From Wallemia ichthyophaga EXF-994 (lineage: Eukaryota > Fungi > Basidiomycota), in assembly GCF_000400465.1 (NCBI RefSeq), contig NW_008806278.1, positions 322,592-354,591 of the forward strand: 32,000 bases of DNA, given 5' to 3'. Positions 11,502-20,957 of the stretch are shown in pieces. Under the pieces are notes generated by a model. The model did no database searches and was not told the origin of the DNA. It saw nothing but the letters and a program-made list of their open reading frames with translations. Numbering within the stretch: position 1 is the first letter of the stretch; each line of letters begins with the position of its first letter. The position numbers and the translations under genes were made by a program.

Positions 11502-13291
11502 TTAGACTGATTCCGTTGATTGCGTTGGCTGAGAAGGGGTCTTGTCTTTGTCGTCGCCGTTGTCATCTGAGCATGCGAGATGTTGAGCGAAGCGGGAAGT
11601 TGATCTAATTCTCGCGCCTGTATGTTTGGGGAGGAGTTGTGAGTGAGGAGCGACAGAAAAGAACAAGACGAACCCAAGAAAAATAACACGTAACTAGTCA
11701 GCGAGAAAACGACGGCAGCACATCCGATGATAGTAGGAGCGAGTTGAAAGCCAACGTTATCGAAGAAAGTGTTAGTGAAGAGAGGCCAGAAACCAGCGCA
11801 TAGATTGCGAACGATACTGAGACTAGCCACGCCACTAGCAGCGAAGGGACCGTAAGCGTCCATGACATACTGGGTAGCTGCGAGATAGATGGTGAATAAC
11901 GCGCAGCTGATAACGGCCAGACCGACACACGGAGCTACAAAGGGGAGGTAGGAGTAGGATGTCCACCCGTAGATGAAACAGCCAATGGGGAGGAGCGGAC
12001 CGATGAGCATTGCGGCATATAGCCGCGCTTCAGGTCCGCGGATGTCCAGCTTGCGCGCATATAGCTTATCTTGTACACAAAAATTGAAGAGAAGCGATAC
12101 ACTCACGCCGACGACTAGACTCGTGTAGATGGCCGCCAGCTGCCCCTGGTTCATGTCGTAGAGCGTGCCGAAGACGTGCGAGATGGAGCCAATGATGGCG
12201 AAGTAGAACGACCATGCCAGGGCTAGCCATGCGCTGAAGAAGGTGATCTGCGGGTGTGTTGTGAGTGGGATTGTTGTGTATGGGCCGACAGAAAAGCAAG
12301 ACAAAGGTAACGGTGGCTACTCACGATAGGCTCGCGCACGAGCATTTCCAGCGGTCTGCAACACGACACTCTAAGCAGCTGCCCCAGCGCAGGTTTCTGT
12401 ATCTTGCTAGTGTAAGGGAGGTGAGTGGAGCGGGCGAGCGCGGCAGCTTTGCGGAGGAGAATAACATGTGGACGGGTCTCGCGCAGCACGGCGAACAGAA
12501 ACACAGCCCACACGCCCGCCATTCCCATCTGTATGAACTGGATCAGACGCCATCCGCTGCGCGCGTCGTAAACAATAAGCCACCCGAACGGTATAGGTAG
12601 GAGGCCCATGGCGAATACAGCAGAGAAGGCGAAGAGAGCTACGACAGTATCCTTCGCACGGCCAGCCGCCATCACGTCCGAGATGGTGCCAGAGACGAGC
12701 GATGTGCCCGCAGAAGCGAAGGCGCCCTGGAGGAAACGACAAACGACAACGGTGGCCATATTGCGTGCGAGAGCTATAGGCAGGAACAGAAGGAAATAGA
12801 GGGTATAGCTGATCTGATACATGGCATTCCGGCCGAGCTCTTCGGAGAGTGGGGCGAGGAGGGGCGGACTGATGCTGTAGCCGACTATGTACATCCCGAG
12901 GGCTAGCTCGCCGAGGAGGTCCGTGGAGTCAAGGTCAGACACCATCTGTGCCTGGCCCTGAGAGAAGGCGGAGGAACAGCCCGAGATGAGGAAACAGAAG
13001 CCTATTGTGGCGATGAGGATAAGCTTTTTGCGGCTGCGTGGAGTGAGTGCGGTTGTGCGTGTGTGTGGTTATTACGAACGCTGTGGACCAGTGGAGTGGG
13101 TTGTCGCTGTGGCCGTGCTCGTCGAGATCGTCGAGAGGGTCGAACTCGACGTAGATGGGGCTGCTTGTGGCTGCGGTGCTTATTTTATTGCTGTTAATGT
13201 TACTGTTGCTGCTCTCCAGACTCTGGGTGCTGTTATCGCGTAGAATTACAGCGGTGCTTGAGGTGCTTGAGGAATTTGTGAGCTGAGTCAT
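11502..13291 (-). CDS. MFS transporter, DHA1 (drug:H+ antiporter) family
   Basis: N-terminal D...NPLHWS motif, SEELGR, VCRFLQGAFAS, GTISDV, LRETRP, YGPFAASGVAS. Three GT-AG introns. The spliced end reads FLGARIRSTSRF...TESV* with the stop at 11502-11504. Confidence 0.92.
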
Positions 13292-13418
13292 TGGTGTTCA
13301 GTGACGATTGAGCGAAGAGCATTGAATGCGTATCTGGTAGTCTATTTTAGACTAAGAATTGCATGCTTATGCTCATACCCATAACTCACACAGAACACGG
13401 TGCATTCCAGCAACCATC

Positions 13419-13982
13419 ATGAACCGCCAGCAGGGCTACAGAAGGTTACTAAAGTCTGCGCAGAGTGCAGCGTGGAAATCGCGGCGTTCACAGAAGCAGC
13501 TCCATCGTCTTCTGCGGAATGAGTTTCAAGTGGCTGGGGCGTTTGGGGGGAGTGAGGAATTGACTACGCGTGGTATGAGTATATTATTTGCAATAGCTCT
13601 CATCTAACTTCACTTGTCAGTGAAAGCCACCGAGCATTTTCACCGTGAAGCTACCAACACGGGCACAACGGCACACAAGGTTATCAAAAATATCACAGAC
13701 ATATACCATTCCCATACTTCACCAAAAAATACACGCAATAGACGCAAGACGGTCGCTGCGGGGAGGTGGAATGCACTCGACCCGCCACAACCCACGGCCA
13801 CCACCAAAGCAGCACAGAAAATGCACTTAAAACACGCAGAAGCTGTAGACAGGATGCGTTATATAAACCGTGCTCCGCTCTGGCTGGGCGAAGTGGTGGC
13901 CCAGGCGGAGCAAACATCGGGAGTAATTCTGGGCAGGTTGAGGGGTGGAGAAGGTGGAGAAGGTAAAGGGGATGAGCGGTAG
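13419..13982 (+). CDS. Small basic protein with LYR-like N-terminus, probably mitochondrial (DUF1763-like)
   Basis: MNRQQGYRRLLKSAQSAAW...LLRNEF, then a 48-nt intron (13573-13620) joining to VKATEHFHREA...AHKVIKNITDIYH...LGEVV...GVILGRL. The family call is from pattern resemblance. Confidence 0.55.
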
Positions 13983-14041
13983 TGACAGAGTTGTTGAGTA
14001 ACTGTGGAATAGCATCGCATCATCAAATAAATCATCAATCA

Positions 14042-15685
14042 TCAAACATTATCAATGATATCTTCAAATTCTTCACTCATACTCATGCCATCGGGTATAT
14101 CTGCAGGTTTAATGTGTGTACTGGTTATATCTGTAGCTTTAGTAGCCTTGGTGCTTCGTGTTTGTACATTTGCATCAGTGTTGGCATCATCCACGGGCCT
14201 CTTCTTGCGTTTTTGTTCATGTGACTGCGTTTGTGACTGCATTTGCGACTGCGTAAGGTCGTATCTATCACCCACAACCACTTGCTTAGCAGCAACCTCA
14301 TTCTGGGAGTGCAAATACGATGCCAATTCCTCATCACTAAATAGTTCGCTATCGGAAATATCGTCGCTGACTTTATCAGTGAATCTAGTGCGTGTGGGAT
14401 GAGCATGAGCAGGACCCAATACGCGCTCGATATCGGCAATCAGCCTTCGAGATGCGTCTACGCTGATAACGGCAGGCTGTCTATCGCGTACGAACGCCAC
14501 TGCAGCTGCGGCAAAGGGGGTGTTGCTGGTGTTTGCGGCCGAGTTGAAGCTGGAGCTGGGCTTATTCCTGCGCAAGTCGGGTGTAAAAGTGTGTGCGAGA
14601 GATTGCGTGTCGAGGTGTGTGAGGGCATACTGCACCACATTGCCCACCCACGCCAGCGACGTGTAGCGATGTTTCTGGTTCTGCGTATGCGTGCCATGGT
14701 CACCGCTATTGCTCGCACTCCTCTTCCGTTTGAGTTCACAGATGGCTTGTTCGAGGATGGGTATGTGCATTCGAGCGATTTTCCTTAGCAGGCTGAGCAG
14801 CTCGCGGGTGGCATTGGCGACGGCGCGGTGCGAAACGGAAATGGAGAGGGAGGGAGCTGCACTATCACTATTCGCACACCGGCTCAGTAACGCGATAAGC
14901 TGTCTGCGCCCGCTCGAACCCACACCCGCACCCATACTCACGCTCGAATGCGACTCGATGGCTAGTGTCGCCATGGCCACCGCTACGGGACGCCCGCGCC
15001 GCCTGTTGTCGAGGTAGTTGGTATGAGAGGCGAGGGTGAGCAAGTCACGGGCCAAGTTGTGTACGCTACGGAGGTCCAATGTGTGCAGTTGCTGCTCATC
15101 TTGAAACTGTGTTTCCACTCCCTTCTCCCTCATCCTTTGAGCCTGCGCAAAGAGCCCATCGAGGGCTGCGCTGACAGACGCGCATACATCGACACCCGCT
15201 TGGAAGTTGAGCGCGCGCTTGATGCGCCGCACAGTGCGTACTGTCCGCCTGACCGTCTCGGCATCAGGCTGGATGTTGGCAGCCATGAGGATGCGGGGGA
15301 GGGAGAAACTGTAGGCGGGGGAGTGATGCGTGTTGGTCGTACTCGCACCCAGAAGTACGCAGGCGCAGAGGAAGAAGGCAGCGGCGGGTGTGCGGGTGTA
15401 GACGCGCGTGCTGGCTTGCTGCCACACATGCAAGGCGGGCGCGAGGAGATGGGGAGCGAGGATGCGCGTGCAGATGGATTGCAGGGCGTGTTGGACGTGG
15501 TCGGCGGAGGCTGGTGGGTGTGTCTGCTTCCGCGTCGGCTGTGCCGCGTCCACGGCACCTCTGCCTCCGACATACCCCTCGTCGAGATAGACCCCGAGCA
15601 CCGCGGCACATTCGGAAGAAGAACAGATATACGCCCGCGCACTGTCGTCGTATTCGCCGACACTGGCGCAGTGTGGGCAGATCAT
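14042..15685 (-). CDS. TFIIB/BRF-family transcription initiation factor (Zn ribbon + cyclin-like repeats + C-terminal TBP-anchor-like motif), divergent, BRF2-like
   Basis: Single 547-aa ORF. N-terminal CPHC...CSSSEC ribbon, cyclin-repeat-like helices (AAAFFLCACVLLG; RRGRPVAVAMATLAIES) and C-terminal DISDSELFSDEELASYLHSQNEV. Confidence 0.7.
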   Translation of the reverse strand: MICPHCASVGEYDDSARAYICSSSECAAVLGVYLDEGYVGGRGAVDAAQPTRKQTHPPASADHVQHALQSICTRILAPHLLAPALHVWQQASTRVYTRTPAAAFFLCACVLLGASTTNTHHSPAYSFSLPRILMAANIQPDAETVRRTVRTVRRIKRALNFQAGVDVCASVSAALDGLFAQAQRMREKGVETQFQDEQQLHTLDLRSVHNLARDLLTLASHTNYLDNRRRGRPVAVAMATLAIESHSSVSMGAGVGSSGRRQLIALLSRCANSDSAAPSLSISVSHRAVANATRELLSLLRKIARMHIPILEQAICELKRKRSASNSGDHGTHTQNQKHRYTSLAWVGNVVQYALTHLDTQSLAHTFTPDLRRNKPSSSFNSAANTSNTPFAAAAVAFVRDRQPAVISVDASRRLIADIERVLGPAHAHPTRTRFTDKVSDDISDSELFSDEELASYLHSQNEVAAKQVVVGDRYDLTQSQMQSQTQSHEQKRKKRPVDDANTDANVQTRSTKATKATDITSTHIKPADIPDGMSMSEEFEDIIDNV

Positions 15686-15697
15686 GGTGGTTGAGAT

Positions 15698-15746
15698 GAA
15701 TAAATAAATGAATGAATAAAATAAATAATTAATAAATAAATAAAAT
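15698..15746. repeat. AT-rich (TAAA/TGAA)n-like low-complexity tract in a divergent promoter
   Basis: gaataaataaatgaatgaataaaataaataattaataaataaataaaat lies between the divergent BRF-like and MRPS5 start codons. Confidence 0.75.
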
Positions 15747-15814
15747 GCAAATTGTAATTTGACTGATATTCTCCTTGTTCACATCTTGACATCTTGCATC
15801 TCGTCTCTCATCTG

Positions 15815-16791
15815 ATGAAGATAAGCAGAGCGGTGAACCGGGCGTTGAAAGGGAGCGGGAGTGTGCGCGTGGCAGGGAGTGTGAGTGGAACGGGTGGCGT
15901 ACAGAACAAGCACCAGGCAACGAGCACGACGAGCACGACGACGTTACCCAACAAACCCACACTGCGCAAAGATATAAAATTCAACAAACTATCGCAGTGG
16001 CCGGATCTGGGGGCATTTTACCCGCGGCTGGATGTAGCCCAAGGGGAGGATCCTCTCAAGGCAGGCTTGCCCAGCGAGACTGAGGTGCTCGAAGGGGAGC
16101 GTCAAAAGGCCATTACAAAGATGTACCAAGGGGGTGAGCAGTGCGTTTACAGCTAAACATCCACTCACCCACTCCAGACCCGCTACACGAGCTGAGCAAG
16201 AGTCTTCCTTATACACTCGCCCACCTCCGCTCGCTCACCGAATACACCTTCCCGCTCATCACCAAGCGCGTCATGCAGCAGACAAGCAAAGGGAAGATCA
16301 TGAGCAAGTATGCGTTGGTAGTCGTCGGTAACGGCAAAGGCATGGTGGGCGTGGGCGAAGGCAAGGGTGACAGCAACGGCGATGCTATCCGTAAAGCTAC
16401 CATAGCCGGCGTGCGCGAAATGGATTATGTCGATAGATTTCAAGACCGTACCGTTTATGGTGAACTTAAATCTAAGGTGGGCGCTTCAGTCGTCGAGTTG
16501 AGAAGCAGGCCGGCGGGATTCGGACTTCGGTGCAACCCGTTCGTCCACCAAGTCGCCAAGGCGGCAGGCATCGAAGACCTCAGTGCCAAGTGCAGGAGAA
16601 GCAAGAACAGTATGCAGGTGGTTAAAGCCACCCTCAAGGCTCTGCATGGCGGCGCTCAGCCACAACTTATGAGCAAGAGTGGTATCGTCAAAGTGCCCCG
16701 TCTCGAGAAGGGCGCGGGTATGAAGAGTGCTGAGGAGATCGGTTTGGAAAGGGGCAGACAAATGGAATGGGTGCGCAAGCAGGTGTACTAA
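15815..16791 (+). CDS. MRPS5: Mitochondrial small ribosomal subunit protein uS5m
   Basis: S5 domains: KRVMQQTSKGKIMSKYALVVVGNGKGMVGVGEGKG; ELRSRPAGFGLRCNP; AGIEDLSAK. N-terminal extension present. One intron at about 16135-16179. Confidence 0.92.
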
Positions 16792-16826
16792 ATGGAAATA
16801 TAGATACATATACATATACGAATACA

Positions 16827-17429
16827 CTAAGGTGTAAAATTTTCACCCTTCTTACTCTCCTCAATGACATGACGAGACTTGTTGAGGTTGGCTTTGCTCA
16901 AGTAGCGGGATTTCATGTCGTTGCTGAGATGCTTCCAGCGGTGGGAGGCCTGTTTGAGGTGGTTTGAGAAGGATTGTTGGGTTGTTGTGGGGTGGTTCGA
17001 CTGCACGGGTTTAAACTCGGAAATGAAGAGCTGCCAGGGAGTGGGAGGACTGCGTTGGTGTCTTGGATAAACATTCGGTCTCAGGCGTGTTGGTGGGTGT
17101 TTGAGTGGGTGTTTCTGGTGAAATTCTTCAAGCAACTCGAATTGCATACTGCGGATGAGCTTGTAGTCGTGCTTGTTGATAGTGCCGCGCGAGTTGATGG
17201 GAGGGAGCGTGGACGCTTGCTGGATGTATCGGTGCTTGGACTCAGCGTCGAGCTGGCTCCACCTCTCAGCAGCCACCTTGACATCCAACTTGTTCTGCTT
17301 GAGGAACAGCATATAGCCCGTCAACTTGGTGTTGATGGGTGGAGTGAGATGCCTAATCTTATCAGATAAACTGGAGTATAAATTTTTATTTTTCTGATAA
17401 GCGTGTATGCGGGAAACGAGGGAGGACAT
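16827..17429 (-). CDS. Two-HMG-box protein, probable mitochondrial nucleoid protein (Abf2/TFAM-like)
   Basis: Two HMG boxes (LTGYMLFL...AAERWSQLDAESKHRY; PPTPWQLFI...ASHRWKHLSNDMKSRY) after a basic/Ser-rich presequence-like N-terminus. Confidence 0.75.
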   Translation of the reverse strand: MSSLVSRIHAYQKNKNLYSSLSDKIRHLTPPINTKLTGYMLFLKQNKLDVKVAAERWSQLDAESKHRYIQQASTLPPINSRGTINKHDYKLIRSMQFELLEEFHQKHPLKHPPTRLRPNVYPRHQRSPPTPWQLFISEFKPVQSNHPTTTQQSFSNHLKQASHRWKHLSNDMKSRYLSKANLNKSRHVIEESKKGENFTP

Positions 17430-17451
17430 TGGTGGTTGGGGAGTAAGAAGG

Positions 17452-18000
17452 ATGACGAATCAGATAACGCTGATCAGCTGCTACAACAAGAAATACCAGG
17501 TGGAAATGTTCCACTTGCTTAGCAGGAGCGAGATGTTTAGGGAGGTGCTGGAAGGTGGTGGTGGGAGTGCTGAGGAGGACAAGGACATTGAAATACAAAC
17601 TACAGAAACAAATAAGCAGCTGGATGATTATATCAGGTTGATTACCAGTGCCCAGCTGCCCGATAACAGCCTCATTTACTTTAAAGATCTACTTCAACTT
17701 ACAGACAAATACAAGGACATAACATCGACCAAGATAATTGAGCAGCACCTGATAATATCCTCAAGCGAATTCAACAAACTCGATTTATACTCGTGTGCGT
17801 GTCGATTCCAACTCAGCAACCTCAAATCAAACCAGCTTAATCTGATAAACAAGGAAGATCTCGGTGAGCTATCCGAAGACTCGAACCTCGGCTCCGTCGA
17901 CCTATACGACCTCATCAAACACTCCCACAAAGACCGAAAATTTGAAGATCCTGTTGAGAGTGTACAATCCAACTTTGATAATTACAGGGCCATGTATTGA
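17452..18000 (+). CDS. Small BTB/POZ (Skp1-like fold) protein
   Basis: 182-aa [33 protein letters not shown] resembles the BTB N-terminal strands/helix; LLQLTDKY resembles the 'lL.lAdKY' helix. Confidence 0.6.
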   Translation: MTNQITLISCYNKKYQVEMFHLLSRSEMFREVLEGGGGSAEEDKDIEIQTTETNKQLDDYIRLITSAQLPDNSLIYFKDLLQLTDKYKDITSTKIIEQHLIISSSEFNKLDLYSCACRFQLSNLKSNQLNLINKEDLGELSEDSNLGSVDLYDLIKHSHKDRKFEDPVESVQSNFDNYRAMY

Positions 18001-18113
18001 TTGCTGTATCCACGCTTTTTACTTTTGCATTTTATGACATCATCACTCCATTATTCTCTACGCTCGCCCAATTCGCCCACTCCTACCAAACCACAGCTCG
18101 CACTCCTCCAATC

Positions 18114-19211
18114 ATGTCCCAAGAAGACAGCAGTTTCGTCAAGCTTAGTGTGTTTGGTAATATATTCCAAGTCACCACCAGGTATACCGACCTGCAGCCT
18201 GTTGGCATGGGCGCTTTCGGTCTCCTCTGCTCCTCCACTGACCAGAAGTCCGGTGGCCCTGTCGCCATAAAAAAAGTCATGAAGCCCTTCTCCGCGCCCG
18301 TACTCGCAAAACGCACTTACCGCGAACTAAAACTCCTGAAACACCTCCGCCATGAGAACATCATTTCCTTGTTAGACGTTTTCATTTCCCCAGGCGAGGA
18401 TATCTACTTTATCACTGAATTGCTCGGTACTGACCTCCACCGTCTTCTCTCCTCACGCCCCCTCGAAAGGCAGTTCGTTCAGTATTTCCTCTACCAGATG
18501 CTCCGTGCTCTTAAATTCGTACACCCAGCTGGCGTCGTCCACCGCGACTTGAAACCTTCCAACATCCTCATCAACGAAAACTGCGACCTCAAAATCTGTG
18601 ATTTCGGTTTGGCCAGGTTGCAAGATCCCCAGATGACTGGTTATGTCTCTACGAGGTACTACAGGGCACCTGAGATCATGCTTACTTGGCAAGAGTACGA
18701 TTCCGCCGTTGATATTTGGTCTGTCGGTTGCATTTTTGCCGAAATGATCGACGGCAGACCCATCTTCCCCGGCAAAGACCACGTCCATCAGCTCACCGTC
18801 ATCACCGAGCTGCTCGGCTCACCGCCTGAGGATGTCATCAACACCATCACATCCGAAAACACTCGCCGTTTCGTAGACGCTTTACCAAAGAGACACAAAA
18901 TTTCCTTCGCCGACCGCTTCCCTAATGCCAACGCGGAGGAGATCGACTTGCTGGAAAAAATGCTCGACTTTAACCCCAAGAAGAGAATTACAGCCGCAGA
19001 CGCCCTCGCTCACCCTTACCTCGCTCCTTACCACGATCCAGAAGATGAACCTACGGCTAACGAACGCTTCGATTGGTCGTTCAACGACGCTGATCTCCCT
19101 ACTGATCAGTGGAAGGTGATGATGTACTCTGAGATACTCGACTTCCACAACGTCGACGTCAAGTCGGAGAAGGATATGACTCCTAGCACTACCACCGCTG
19201 GTGCTCACTAG
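18114..19211 (+). CDS. HOG1: High-osmolarity glycerol MAP kinase Hog1/p38-type, intronless, 365 aa
   Basis: GMGAFG P-loop, [14 protein letters not shown] activation motif ([17 protein letters not shown]), [10 protein letters not shown] docking domain, [11 protein letters not shown]. The true start MSQEDSSF is at 18114. Confidence 0.97.
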   Translation: MSQEDSSFVKLSVFGNIFQVTTRYTDLQPVGMGAFGLLCSSTDQKSGGPVAIKKVMKPFSAPVLAKRTYRELKLLKHLRHENIISLLDVFISPGEDIYFITELLGTDLHRLLSSRPLERQFVQYFLYQMLRALKFVHPAGVVHRDLKPSNILINENCDLKICDFGLARLQDPQMTGYVSTRYYRAPEIMLTWQEYDSAVDIWSVGCIFAEMIDGRPIFPGKDHVHQLTVITELLGSPPEDVINTITSENTRRFVDALPKRHKISFADRFPNANAEEIDLLEKMLDFNPKKRITAADALAHPYLAPYHDPEDEPTANERFDWSFNDADLPTDQWKVMMYSEILDFHNVDVKSEKDMTPSTTTAGAH

Positions 19212-19397
19212 GGTATTAAAAGGGCTTGTTTTTTGTTACTTTACGATTATTATATATGACGCATTATAGTTAATTGTGCGGGTGTGCTTTCTTACAAAGA
19301 CAGACTTTATGTATTTCCCGTCATGAACCTGGCACACTGTTGTCTATAATCTACTGTCTACTCTCCACTGTCCACCGTTCACCGTCCACTCTCGAAA

Positions 19398-20830
19398 ATG
19401 ACCATGATGGGAAGCCTGCGGGTGTCGCGAAGAGTATCCATGTGCATGTTGAAGGCAGGAGCCAATGCGCCTGCAACAGCATCCAAGCACTGTTACAGCG
19501 GCAGAAACATTTACAATAACAACATGGGTGCACACCGCCACTACACGCAAACGCAGCAGCCACCAAAGGGAATTCGACAAGGTGAGTAAGAGTGGCAGAC
19601 TGTGTGTCACTCAAACATCCACTTACGCTCCACTAGGCACCCTATTCGCCATACTGGCATGCACAGGACTGGGAGTAACCATATATTCGCTGTGAGGGGA
19701 ATGATTGATTGCATTCACAACCCACTCACACCCACAGACTCGAGTACTACTCTGCTTTCAACCAATGGCCACCCTCTCTCCGCGCGGATCTGCGTCTAGC
19801 CGTAAAAGCGCAGCGAGGACGCGACTACAACCGCGCAGAAGAGCATTGGCGACGCGTGATCGACCGTGCGGAACAACTTCCCGAGAGTGAATTCGAGAGC
19901 GAGGGTGGATTGGGTGTGTCGAAGCCACTCGTCGTCACCGGTTTGCACATCTCCCTCGCTCATATGCTCGAAGTGGTCGGGAGGAGTGAGGGCGGAGGCA
20001 GCGGCAAGGCTGGCGAGCGCATCAGTGACGCGCATCGGTTGCTCTCTACGGCACTCAGCTACCTCCTGCGCCAACAGCACAAAGAAGACGCGCCTCCCGC
20101 TGAAACTCACAGAGCTATCGCTCTCGCTGTTAAACTCGGTGATATGGCCTACACTATGCGCAGCACAAGTGCGCAACATTACTACGAATGGGCTCTCGAT
20201 GAGATGTTCCGTGTGTCGCGCGTGGAGAAGGCGCGCAAGGAAAATGAGAGTGAGAGGGACGGGGAAAAGGCGTTGGAGAAACAGCCCGACAACACCCACG
20301 CTCACTCCCTTATGACGCACCAACTCGACCTCCCGAAGTGGGTGGCTGTGTCCGACCTCGGCGGCTGTCTCGAGCGTTTAGCAGCTATATATGGCGAGAG
20401 CGGACACGCTGAGATGGCCATACCATTGTATATGCAGGCTATCACTCTCCTCCTACCCCCACCCACTTTCAGACTGCACCAACCATCCACTTCTGACACT
20501 TGTAGAGCCGCCTTACTCATGACTAACCTCGCTAGCGTTCTCACCGCTCATCCCTCATCTAAGAACTTGGACAACGCTCTCAAGTGGGCTGATAAAGCGG
20601 TGGACCTGGTAACTCACGCTGACAGCGCGCACTCGGACAAAATTTGCAATCACACCCTCGCCGTCGGCCTGTTCAACGTCGGTGTCTTGAATGAAATGCT
20701 CAATCACCCTTCTACCGCCCTTGATAATTACAACAGGGCCTCCGAACACAGCGACAAATACGGCCTCGTTGCTGCAAAATTACAGTCTAAAGAGGCGTCG
20801 AGGAGGGTGAGGAGTGATTTAAGAAACTAA
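19398..20830 (+). CDS. Mitochondrial-type single-pass TPR protein (Mgr3-like)
   Basis: Presequence-like exon 1 and a short TM exon (GTLFAILACTGLGVTIYSL), then LEYYSAFNQWPPSLRADLR and helical TPR-like repeats. Two short introns. The Mgr3 assignment is inferred. Confidence 0.6.
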
Positions 20831-20957
20831 TCAATGTTCATGCACAACTTAGTAATCCCATTATAAATGTATATTATCCTCGCCTACCTCAGCCATTCAA
20901 TAAACCAATCAATGTCCATGCATAACTTAAAAACCTTAGTGAAAATAAATTATTGCC

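Noticed and set aside
14399-15699. Several long + strand ORFs (up to 223 aa) antisense to the BRF-like gene
   Set aside because: Expected shadow ORFs in GC-rich coding DNA; no motifs.
17997-18113. 39-aa N-terminal extension of Hog1 in the ORF track
   Set aside because: It begins at TTG overlapping the upstream stop. The ATG at 18114 matches the normal Hog1 start position.
13419-20830. Apparent enrichment of mitochondrial genes (LYR-like, MRPS5, HMG, Mgr3-like)
   Set aside because: Three of the four localisations are inferred, the genes are interspersed with unrelated ones, and mitochondrial genes are common enough for chance.
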